A stretch of 64,000 bases of DNA from positions 4,665-68,664 of the forward strand of contig CAYGGE010000001.1 in NCBI GenBank assembly GCA_964349485.1, written 5' to 3'. Both the position numbers and the translations under genes were made by a program. The notes beneath the pieces are model-generated. The model was not told the origin of the DNA, made no database searches, and saw only the letters and a list, made by a program, of their open reading frames with translations. Within the stretch, counting starts at the first letter, position 1. Each line of letters begins with the position of its first letter. This stretch comes from an uncultured Candidatus Saccharibacteria bacterium. Lineage in GTDB: Bacteria; Patescibacteriota; UBA1384; CAYGGE01. Shown piece after piece: positions 8,745 through 17,829 of this stretch.

Positions 8745-9029
8745 ATGGCTACGAAAATCCGGCCACTGGGTGACAACGTTCTCGTGAAGCCTGCCGAGGC
8801 CGAAGAAAAGACAGCATCGGGCATCGTTCTTCCCGATTCAGCCAAAGAGAAAACAAAAAAAGGTGAGGTCATCGCCGTCGGAACAGGCAAATATATCGAT
8901 GGTAATTTGAAACCACTTGAAGTTAAGAAGGGCGACACCGTACTCTACTCATGGGGCGAAGAATTGAAGATTGACGGAGAAGAGTATGTCATGGTGAGTG
9001 AGGGAAGTATCCAAGCAGTTATCGAGTAG
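8745..9029 (+). CDS. groES: Co-chaperonin GroES
   Basis: 94 aa; MATKIRPLGDNVLVKP...GIVLPDSAKEK...GEVIAVGTG has classic GroES features (mobile loop and roof hairpin). Confidence 0.95.
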   Translation: MATKIRPLGDNVLVKPAEAEEKTASGIVLPDSAKEKTKKGEVIAVGTGKYIDGNLKPLEVKKGDTVLYSWGEELKIDGEEYVMVSEGSIQAVIE

Positions 9030-9038
9030 TTCTCTAGT

Positions 9039-9075
9039 TATCTGGTTAGCTAGTTTCCTAGTAACTAACCAGATA
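9039..9075. promoter_or_regulatory. 11-bp perfect inverted repeat (TATCTGGTTAG-N15-CTAACCAGATA) in the groES-groEL spacer
   Basis: Arms at 9039-9049 and 9065-9075, read directly. The spacer contains two CTAG tetramers. It belongs to a recurrent CTAGTTA / AACCAG motif family (see findings). Confidence 0.5.
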
Positions 9076-9100
9076 GCAAGGCGAATAGACAACGAGATAA

Positions 9101-10765
<1,665 letters not shown>

Positions 10766-10800
10766 TTAACTAGTTATCTTATTCTCTAGTTACTAATACT

Positions 10801-10829
10801 AAAAAGTCCGCCTTACAAGCGGGCTTTTT
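10801..10829. terminator. Bidirectional rho-independent terminator between groEL (+) and the 10858-11199 ORF (-)
   Basis: AAAAAG-TCCGCC-ttacaa-GCGGGC-TTTTT: a 6-bp stem (one G-U pair) flanked by an A-run on one side and a T-run on the other. Confidence 0.6.
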
Positions 10830-10857
10830 AGATTTCGCCAGTTTATTGACTGATTAG

Positions 10858-11199
10858 CTACAGCGTTGGTGATGGAGTTGGTGATGGGGATAGCGAAGGA
10901 TCGATAGTTGGACTGGGTATAGGCGTGGCCTGGTCTTCGACATAATTGATTGACGGGATCTGTTGGGTACGATCGATGTAAGGAATTAGCGTGTTGACCG
11001 CTGGTTTAAGCACATCTACCCGGGCTAAACCGTTTAAGGCCCAAACGATGACAGCCAAGACGAGTGTCGCCCCAATTGCTGCGCCAATACCCGACAGCAT
11101 ACCATTGGTCAGATGACGCCAGGGAACCCAACGCTTGTTCAGCTCTTCAATCGACTGCGTAAGGTGTTCGATACTCTCTTTTAGGTCATCATAATCCAT
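10858..11199 (-). CDS. Hypothetical membrane protein with S/P/T-rich C-terminal tail
   Basis: TM segment GIGAAIGATLVLAVIVWAL; tail TPIPSPTIDPSLSPSPTPSPTL. Confidence 0.5.
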   Translation of the reverse strand: MDYDDLKESIEHLTQSIEELNKRWVPWRHLTNGMLSGIGAAIGATLVLAVIVWALNGLARVDVLKPAVNTLIPYIDRTQQIPSINYVEDQATPIPSPTIDPSLSPSPTPSPTL

Positions 11200-11222
11200 A
11201 CCACTCCTTTACTAATTCGAAT

Positions 11223-11720
11223 CTAGGCTTCAGCCGGTGCTGTCACCATGGTCATCGCTTCGTTATCTACAATAATACCACGCTTATCGATCGTGATCAC
11301 CTGTTCAGCGGCGATGATTCGATCAGAGAGCAAGTGGTGAACATAATATTTAACAATCATGCCAAGCTCCGTATCAAGCAGTAGGTCATGGGCTAGACCA
11401 AGATAATTGCCGTGTAGAGTCAATACTTTAGCTCCGAGAACTGGGACTTTTTTGGTTATGATAGCGCTTAACTTCGGCTCTTCGCTGGTTATCAGAGCGA
11501 TGTCTTCATGAGATGCGATAACTCGACTCTGGTCATAGCCAATAATATCATGAACCGAAACAATGTCTTGTTTAAGGTTCAAAAAACCATGGGAGTAAAA
11601 ATAGCCGACAAGCTTACCATTGGTAGGGTCAATAATCGGTTCACCAAGCAAACCAATCGTTTCGGCACCATCGAAGCTGATAATTGGTTGTCCAACCAGT
11701 TGGGAGATCAGGATGAGCAT
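11223..11720 (-). CDS. PRC-barrel-like protein (two tandem PRC-like modules), hypothetical
   Basis: LVGQPIISFDGAETIGLLGEPIIDPTNGKLVGY and KVPVLGAKVLTLHGNYLGLAHDLLLDTELGMIV resemble the G..V.d..G..lG.v.d PRC-barrel pattern. This is a weak call. Confidence 0.4.
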   Translation of the reverse strand: MLILISQLVGQPIISFDGAETIGLLGEPIIDPTNGKLVGYFYSHGFLNLKQDIVSVHDIIGYDQSRVIASHEDIALITSEEPKLSAIITKKVPVLGAKVLTLHGNYLGLAHDLLLDTELGMIVKYYVHHLLSDRIIAAEQVITIDKRGIIVDNEAMTMVTAPAEA

Positions 11721-11752
11721 GTATTTATTATAAGGTAAAAATTATAAGTTAA

Positions 11753-11812
11753 AAGGCAAAAGCGCAAGTAAAAATTCAAAACTTATTACTTTTAACCTGC
11801 AATTTTGCCTTT
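11753..11812. repeat. Copy A of a repeated intergenic element flanking efp (AAGGCAAAAG ... CAAGTAAAAAT ... CCTGCAATTTTGCCTT)
   Basis: It shares with copy B the terminal inverted repeat AAGGCAAAA/TTTTGCCTT, the internal CAAGT(T)AAAAAT block and CACCTGCAATTTTGCCTT, read directly. Confidence 0.7.
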
Positions 11813-11833
11813 CGGTCCATACCTTTTGATTTT

Positions 11834-12406
11834 TTATCTCACCCGTTCTACGTATTCCCCTGTTTCAGTGTTGATTCTAATCCTATCACCGATCTTCACG
11901 AAAGCGGGGACTTTAATAGTAGCACCTGTCTCTACTTTGGCGTCTTTCAAGACACTAGAAACAGTGTTACCTGAGGAGACCGACTCGGTATAGGTGACTT
12001 CTAGATCGATTTTAGGAGGAAGATTAACGCCAATCGGTTTATCGCGAAACGATAGAAGATCAACCATAGTGCCATCTTTAAGCAGTTCTCCTTGCTGACC
12101 AACAAGGTCAGATGGCAGTTCAAACTGATCGTAGGTCTCCATGTTCATAAAATGGTAGCTCGCCCCATCTTTATAGAGAAATTGCGCCTCATCGTGCGAC
12201 AAATTACCTTCTTCCAGGCGGTCAGAGTCTTTAAATGACTGCTCAGTAATTGCTCCCGAGAGCAAATTCTTTAGCTTTGCCTTAAGAATACCGGCCCCCC
12301 TGGCCTGTTTGATGTGTTGAGAAGCCATCACACGATAGGGTTCATCGCGAAAAGTGATAAACATGCCAGGTTTAACTTGAGCAATTGAATAGATAGAAAC
12401 CTCCAA
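11834..12406 (-). CDS. efp: Elongation factor P
   Basis: 190 aa; N-terminal region aligns with EF-P (SIAQVKPGMFITFRDEPYRV...KQARGAGILKAKLKNL replaces KPGKGxAFxRTKLKN). Length is typical. The start codon is uncertain (TTG 12406 or the internal ATG). Confidence 0.85.
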   Translation of the reverse strand: MEVSIYSIAQVKPGMFITFRDEPYRVMASQHIKQARGAGILKAKLKNLLSGAITEQSFKDSDRLEEGNLSHDEAQFLYKDGASYHFMNMETYDQFELPSDLVGQQGELLKDGTMVDLLSFRDKPIGVNLPPKIDLEVTYTESVSSGNTVSSVLKDAKVETGATIKVPAFVKIGDRIRINTETGEYVERVR

Positions 12407-12415
12407 TTAAGTCAG

Positions 12416-12488
12416 AAGGCAAAAGTTTGAGGGTATAAGTACAAGTTAAAAATAAAAACTTTGTACTCTTCACCTGCAATTTTGCCTT
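12416..12488. repeat. Copy B of the repeated intergenic element, between rpsR and efp
   Basis: It has the same terminal inverted repeat and internal conserved blocks as copy A, in the same orientation. Confidence 0.7.
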
Positions 12489-12500
12489 CTGTCTTTTGAG

Positions 12501-12713
12501 TTAGCGCGTTGTATAAGGCAGTAACGCTAAGAACCTCGCCCGCTTAATGGCGTCGGTTAATTGGCGTTGATGTCTGGAACATGCGCCGGTATCTTTACCG
12601 GGGCGAATTTTGGCCCATGGACTGGTGTAGCGGGCGAGTAAGGCGGCATCTTTGTAATCCACCTCATCTACCTTACGCTTACAAAATTGGCACTCTTTGC
12701 GTTTCATTCTCAT
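12501..12713 (-). CDS. rpsR: 30S ribosomal protein S18
   Basis: 70 aa; CQFCKRKVDEVDYKDAALLARYTS...RHQRQLTDAIKRARFLALLPY is canonical bS18. Confidence 0.95.
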   Translation of the reverse strand: MRMKRKECQFCKRKVDEVDYKDAALLARYTSPWAKIRPGKDTGACSRHQRQLTDAIKRARFLALLPYTTR

Positions 12714-12725
12714 AAATCATCCTTT

Positions 12726-13235
12726 TTAAAATGGTATGTCTTCAAGATTGATCTCATCATCAGCTGGTTCGGCTTTGGCTGGCGTGGCTTTAGCGATTGG
12801 TTTGGCTGACGCTTTCGGAGCCTCAGAGACGTCTAGGGTAGGGGCGGCATCGTTATTGAGGTCATCGAGACTATCGAAGTTGGCACCGTCACCACTTTGG
12901 CCTTTGGGCGTCAGAGGAACGAAGTTCTCAACGATTATCTCGGTCCGGCGTTGTTTCACCCCATCGGGTGTTTCCCAGGTTCGGGTTTGTAGGCGACCAT
13001 CGACGTAGATCTTGTTGCCTTTTTTGAGGTAGTTAGCGACAAATTCTGCCGCTTTCCCCCAGGCCACTACATCATGGTATTCCGTAGCCTCTTGAAACTC
13101 TCCCGAGCCCTGATTCTTCCAGCGACGATTGGTCGCTACCGAGAAAGTGGTTACTGCTTGACCATTTGGCGTGTAGCGAAGCTCCGGATCTCGAGTGATA
13201 TTGCCGATTACCTGGGCGCGATTCAATGAATACAT
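12726..13235 (-). CDS. ssb: Single-stranded DNA-binding protein
   Basis: OB-fold N-terminus (NRAQVIGNITRDPELRYTPNGQAV...), Gly/Ala/Pro-rich linker and acidic C-terminal tail ending DDEINLEDIPF. Confidence 0.95.
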   Translation of the reverse strand: MYSLNRAQVIGNITRDPELRYTPNGQAVTTFSVATNRRWKNQGSGEFQEATEYHDVVAWGKAAEFVANYLKKGNKIYVDGRLQTRTWETPDGVKQRRTEIIVENFVPLTPKGQSGDGANFDSLDDLNNDAAPTLDVSEAPKASAKPIAKATPAKAEPADDEINLEDIPF

Positions 13236-13340
13236 CGCGTCTCCTTTCCTACATCGAGTAATACTTCTATGATTCTATACGTGCTCGATGCGCTTATCTA
13301 TGTATTGTCTTAATTATACTATAAGGTGCAAGAGGCGATC

Positions 13341-13964
13341 TTAGTCTTTGAGGATGTCAGAAAGCTTGTCTTCCAAGGCCTTCAAACGGTCTTCTTCTGT
13401 CGCTTCGGAAGCATCTTGATTCTTAGCGGCTTTCTTAGGAGCACGCTTTGGCTTCTCTTCTTTGGCAGTCTCAGTTACTTCTGGGGTAGTTTCTTCGGTA
13501 ACGACAGTTTCGTCTGGTGCTTCTTCGGCAGGAATCTCGTCAGCGATAGCTTTATCGAGAGCTTCCATCTTGGTTGCTTCAGTCTCTTCTTGGTTAGTGT
13601 TTACTACTTCTTGATTCACCGGCTCAGCCACTGTATCTTCCAACATCTCGGCGGCGGCAATTGCTTCACGAACTGTTTTAGAGACTTCCTTATTCGCCTT
13701 AGGAATCCGTTTGGTTACGATCAGGTGTCGTATGATCGCTGTGTTCAACCGAAGTTTTCGGTCAAGCGCAGCTTGTGCAGCTTCGTTAATATCGAAAACA
13801 AAGGTCGTGTAGACGGCCTGAGTCTCTTTATTGATTGGGTAGACGAGGCGACGTCGGCCCATGGTGCTTTCGACCTGAATAGTTCCGCCTGCCTCTTCGA
13901 TCGCGGCTTTTACGCCAGGATCAGCCTCTTCCTTGGTCAGGAAGGTAATTTCGTAGAGTGCCAT
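13341..13964 (-). CDS. rpsF: 30S ribosomal protein S6 with extended acidic C-terminal tail
   Basis: MALYEITFLTKEE...TMGRRRLVYPINKETQAVYTTFVFD is the canonical bS6 core. The rpsF-ssb-rpsR gene order is conserved. Confidence 0.95.
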   Translation of the reverse strand: MALYEITFLTKEEADPGVKAAIEEAGGTIQVESTMGRRRLVYPINKETQAVYTTFVFDINEAAQAALDRKLRLNTAIIRHLIVTKRIPKANKEVSKTVREAIAAAEMLEDTVAEPVNQEVVNTNQEETEATKMEALDKAIADEIPAEEAPDETVVTEETTPEVTETAKEEKPKRAPKKAAKNQDASEATEEDRLKALEDKLSDILKD

Positions 13965-13983
13965 AACTATGGTCCTCCGTACC

Positions 13984-14004
13984 TCTTACTATGAGTAAGA
14001 GGAT
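13984..14004 (-). promoter_or_regulatory. Leader hairpin in the rpsF 5' UTR (9-bp stem CCTCTTACT/AGTAAGAGG, 3-nt loop), about 10 nt upstream of the RBS
   Basis: Inverted repeat read directly at 13984-13992 / 13996-14004. The GGAGGA RBS follows on the minus strand. It is a possible autoregulatory or stability element. Confidence 0.45.
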
Positions 14005-14055
14005 CCCCATTTCGACAATCCAAGGGGATATGGATACTTTGGATATAATAGAAGA

Positions 14056-14083
14056 ATTATAACAGGTTTGAGAAAAATAACAA
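14056..14083 (-). promoter_or_regulatory. Promoter of the rpsF-ssb-rpsR operon (TTGTTA-N16-TATAAT on the minus strand)
   Basis: TATAAT = complement of 14056-14061. TTGTTA = complement of 14078-14083. Confidence 0.5.
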
Positions 14084-14089
14084 GTACGT

Positions 14090-15202
14090 TTAGGTATTAA
14101 ATCGAAAATGCATGACGTCGCCGTCAGCTACGAGGTAATCCTTACCTTCGCTCTTCATCTTGCCAGCTTGCTTAGCCCCTTGTTCACCGTTTAAGGCAAT
14201 ATAGTCCTCATAGGCAATCACTTCAGCTCGAATAAAGCCTTTTTCAAAGTCGCCGTGGATCACGCCAGCAGCTTGCGGTGCCATAAAACCTTGCTTGATG
14301 GTCCAAGCCCGGACCTCCATAGGGCCAGCAGTAAAGTAGGTAGCCAGGCCTAACAGATCAAACCCAGAGCGGATAAGACGGTTTAATCCTGGCTCGGTTA
14401 GTCCGAGACTTTCCAGATATTCTTTGACCTCTGCCTCATCGAGCTCAGCTAGTTCAGCCTCGACTTTGGCGCTGATAACCATCAGCTTCCCTGGCGTCTG
14501 CTCGTAGAGGGGGGCGAGATTCCATTCTTGGATTATTACTTCAGGCGTCTTGTCAGCGTCCTCCTCAGAGACGTTGGCGACATAGAGAATAGGTTTGAGA
14601 GTCAGTAGATGCAGTTCTTTCAGAAATGGTGCTTCGGCTTTTTCGTCGAGCAAGGGGACAGTAGAGGCCAATTGTTCGTTTTCGAGGGCTGAAAGTAACC
14701 GCGAATAGAGTCCATTTTTGATGATGGCGTCCTTGTTTCCGGATCGTACATCGCCGGCCAAGGCATCAATTCTCTTCTGTAAAGTGCTTAGGTCAGCGAG
14801 TATAAGCTCTAGCAATACGACCTTCGCGTCCTCCAAAGGATCCACTGTTCCGGCGACATGGATAATGTTGTCGTTCCTAAAGCATCGAAGGACAATGGCT
14901 AGGGCATCAGCCTCGCGAATATGGGAGAGAAACTGGTTCCCCAAACCTTCACCTTGGCTGGCACCCTTAATAATTCCGGCGATATCAACGAAGGTGACGG
15001 TGGCTGGTACGATTTTCTCAGGTTTAGCGATTTCAGCTAGCTTTCCCAACCGTTCATCAGGTAAATCGACAACGCCAATATTTGGCTCAATCGTCGTAAA
15101 CGGATGATTAGCCGCAGCAGCAACAGCTCGCTTCATGAGGGCGTTAAACAGAGTGGATTTGCCGACATTAGGTAAGCCGACGATCCCGATCTTTAAACTC
15201 AT
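14090..15202 (-). CDS. ychF: Ribosome-binding ATPase YchF (Obg-family GTPase with C-terminal TGS domain)
   Basis: 370 aa; GIVGLPNVGKSTLFNAL P-loop, G-domain motifs and a conserved C-terminal TGS-like region (...GFIRAEVIAYEDY...). Confidence 0.9.
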   Translation of the reverse strand: MSLKIGIVGLPNVGKSTLFNALMKRAVAAAANHPFTTIEPNIGVVDLPDERLGKLAEIAKPEKIVPATVTFVDIAGIIKGASQGEGLGNQFLSHIREADALAIVLRCFRNDNIIHVAGTVDPLEDAKVVLLELILADLSTLQKRIDALAGDVRSGNKDAIIKNGLYSRLLSALENEQLASTVPLLDEKAEAPFLKELHLLTLKPILYVANVSEEDADKTPEVIIQEWNLAPLYEQTPGKLMVISAKVEAELAELDEAEVKEYLESLGLTEPGLNRLIRSGFDLLGLATYFTAGPMEVRAWTIKQGFMAPQAAGVIHGDFEKGFIRAEVIAYEDYIALNGEQGAKQAGKMKSEGKDYLVADGDVMHFRFNT

Positions 15203-15251
15203 GAAGTCATACTATCAGGTTCAGAGTGTTTTGTCGAGGTAGCACCAAATT

Positions 15252-15677
15252 CTACATCAACCCGATAACTTTGCCCATCGCTAACATGGCGACGAGTTGG
15301 TAGCAGGTGTCGATACCGAAGAGAGCCCACTGTTTTTTGTCGCTAAAGAGCGTCGCTGTAGCCTGAACTGGCATGACGAAACCAAGCCACATCCAGAAGG
15401 CGGTGGACAGACCAGTTGAGAGGTCCGAGTAGTGATAGAACGCCTGGGAGAGACCCACAACATGGGCTAAGACGTAGGCGGTTACAATGCTGAAGATGGC
15501 GCTAATTACATAGGCCTTGCCGGCCTCTTTTTGACTAGCTTTCATCTTTTCCGCATCCATGCCATGCAGTGCCGCCCATTTTTTACCGAACAAAGCAGGG
15601 CTGTACCAGATAAACCCTACGACCATTGAGGCAACCATCGCCAACAAGACCGCAAGATAGTTTATTTCGATTTCCAT
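15252..15677 (-). CDS. Integral membrane protein (DUF1761-like), hypothetical
   Basis: 141 aa with four hydrophobic helices. The N-terminal NYLAVLLAMVASMVVGFIWYSPALFG pattern is typical of that family. Confidence 0.45.
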   Translation of the reverse strand: MEIEINYLAVLLAMVASMVVGFIWYSPALFGKKWAALHGMDAEKMKASQKEAGKAYVISAIFSIVTAYVLAHVVGLSQAFYHYSDLSTGLSTAFWMWLGFVMPVQATATLFSDKKQWALFGIDTCYQLVAMLAMGKVIGLM

Positions 15678-15694
15678 TTGTCCTCCTAAGTTAT

Positions 15695-16984
15695 TTACCT
15701 ATTATCAAGTGAGGTACGAATATATTCAAGGTCGGGGATCAGGATTTGGGCGGCTTGCTTATCTGGGTTGAGTTGTTTAAGACAACCAAGAGCGCTGAAG
15801 ACAACATTTCTGACGATCTTTCGGTCATCAGTACTGGGTAGCGCTTCATAGTTGTGAACAAATTCAACAGCATAGAAACGCAGAACTGTTAGTGTCGAAG
15901 CAAAAAGCTCGTCATAGCGATCATATGGATGCCCTGCACGGGCCCCGTTTTCTCTTATATCTTTGTTGTCGATATACGTTGATTCATCAAAGAGCCGAAC
16001 TAGTTTAAAAGCAGCGCTCTTCTCGGATCGGTTGGCCTCTTCAAGAGACTGTTTCATTCGTGTTTCATAGTAGGGAAGCGGTAGTCGTGAGTGTTGCATC
16101 AATGTTTCATAGGACCGGTAGAAATCAAGATAGGCTGCAGTGCCCTTATCGTGTCTTTGGAACTCTCCTTGCAACTGCCTGATAACACAGTGAGACATCT
16201 CGTGAAAAAGACTATCATCACCATCTTGGCTGTATCGAGGCTTCTGGAAACTATCGGCGGTAATCGTCACATAGTTATCGGTTGAGTTTGCTGATGCATT
16301 GTAGGTCGCTAGCTGGTCCACTGGGTGTAAGACATAGACAGACGGACGCAAGAACTTAAGATAGGGATCAAAATAACCTGCAATCTCGTCGATTTGTTTA
16401 AATATAGCTTCAGGCAACTCGACTTCTGAGAGAATATGGGTGTTGGTCATGTATGACTGATGATGGTTCACCGGCTTTATTGTATATGTTCGTTCAGTCT
16501 CTTTTGTTTCCCTACTACGGTAAGCTTCTTCGGCGAAGGTAACCCGTACCGTGTCAGACGTTCTAGATGGTAGTAGGCTGTTCACAAGATATTGGCGACC
16601 ATCCCTGTTAACCGTTACGAAATCAGTGGGTTTCAGATCAGAATTGATTCGAAGCGGAATAATCTGCTTCACCTCGCTGCCCTCAATCATAAAAGTTGCT
16701 CGACCCTTGTCCGGATCAGCTAAATAGTTATTAATATCCTCGAGATCAATAAGCAGTAACCAGCCTTCAATACGGACCCTGGCTACGGGATCTTCAATAA
16801 TCTCCCCATCTTGGTAAAACTCTTGCTCTGCTTTCTCTTCCGATCTGGGAGTTAGGACCGTTTCGCCAAGTTTATAGGTTGCCGCTCCGGCAGCGGCTGT
16901 GCCGAGATATTTCAAGAGTTGACGTCGGTCTAAGGATCGAGTGCTCGGGTCCTTTGGCTGAGAATCTGGCTGACGTTCATTCAT
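15695..16984 (-). CDS. Secreted putative zinc metallopeptidase with twin-arginine (Tat) signal peptide
   Basis: N-terminus ...SLDRRQLLKYLGTAAAGAATYKLG fits the RRxhh Tat motif plus an h-region. A single HExxH motif is present (LFHEMSHCVIRQ). Confidence 0.55.
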   Translation of the reverse strand: MNERQPDSQPKDPSTRSLDRRQLLKYLGTAAAGAATYKLGETVLTPRSEEKAEQEFYQDGEIIEDPVARVRIEGWLLLIDLEDINNYLADPDKGRATFMIEGSEVKQIIPLRINSDLKPTDFVTVNRDGRQYLVNSLLPSRTSDTVRVTFAEEAYRSRETKETERTYTIKPVNHHQSYMTNTHILSEVELPEAIFKQIDEIAGYFDPYLKFLRPSVYVLHPVDQLATYNASANSTDNYVTITADSFQKPRYSQDGDDSLFHEMSHCVIRQLQGEFQRHDKGTAAYLDFYRSYETLMQHSRLPLPYYETRMKQSLEEANRSEKSAAFKLVRLFDESTYIDNKDIRENGARAGHPYDRYDELFASTLTVLRFYAVEFVHNYEALPSTDDRKIVRNVVFSALGCLKQLNPDKQAAQILIPDLEYIRTSLDNR

Positions 16985-17005
16985 ATAGTTAAGTATACCA
17001 CCAGA

Positions 17006-17770
17006 TTAATGATTTGGGGCTCTTCTCGCAACAACTAATGCATATGGCTGGGTGTCAATTGCTCCTCGCCAGAACTGTTGACCAAGTTTCTCTAGACTTT
17101 CGGTTGTCGGTTGTAGTGGCCGCCAATCAACCGAATCGAAACCGCCGGATTTCGCGGCAGCCTCGTACTCTTCTCGAGAGAATTGGTGCAGGATCGCAGT
17201 GAAATCCACGTCCAGTGTATTGGGCTTAAGAAACTGAACCTCAACATTAAGGTCATCCAATTTTACAAAACGCCGGTTCGCCACTACTTCGTTAAAGGCT
17301 TGGAAATCAGGATTGAAAATTACACTGTGGAATCTACCGCCCTCATTTAATGCTCGGTAAGTCGAGGCGAAAAATTGGGTTAAGGCTGCCTCATCGGGAG
17401 CATAAGGTAGAACCATGACCGAAACAGCTTCATCGAAAGGTTTGTCGGCCACAAAGGTCGTAGCATCGGCTTCGACGTAGTCGATACCATCACGCCGACG
17501 CTCTTCTTCTCGCTTGGCAATCGTAATGAGGTTCGATGCTTTATCGTAGCCGGTAACTTTTGCGCCACGAAAGGCTAAAGCACGATCAAACAGGCCATCA
17601 CCACAACCGACGTCGAGAATGCGTCGCTCCGTTACATCGCCAAGGCTACCGATCACCATAGGATAGTGGAGTGCATTTCTAACAGGATCGCCACCGACAA
17701 AACCGGCATACTGCTCCTTTTTCTCATCAAACTGTTCAACTTCACGCTGCATATCCTCGTATTGTAACAT
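17006..17770 (-). CDS. Class I SAM-dependent methyltransferase
   Basis: Motif I ILDVGCGDGLF..., post-I acidic residue and Rossmann-like layout. Confidence 0.75.
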   Translation of the reverse strand: MLQYEDMQREVEQFDEKKEQYAGFVGGDPVRNALHYPMVIGSLGDVTERRILDVGCGDGLFDRALAFRGAKVTGYDKASNLITIAKREEERRRDGIDYVEADATTFVADKPFDEAVSVMVLPYAPDEAALTQFFASTYRALNEGGRFHSVIFNPDFQAFNEVVANRRFVKLDDLNVEVQFLKPNTLDVDFTAILHQFSREEYEAAAKSGGFDSVDWRPLQPTTESLEKLGQQFWRGAIDTQPYALVVARRAPNH

Positions 17771-17829
17771 AACGAGCAGAGATCCTTCGATACCTCAGGA
17801 CGAGCTAGGAGAAAAATAAGATCTATTTC

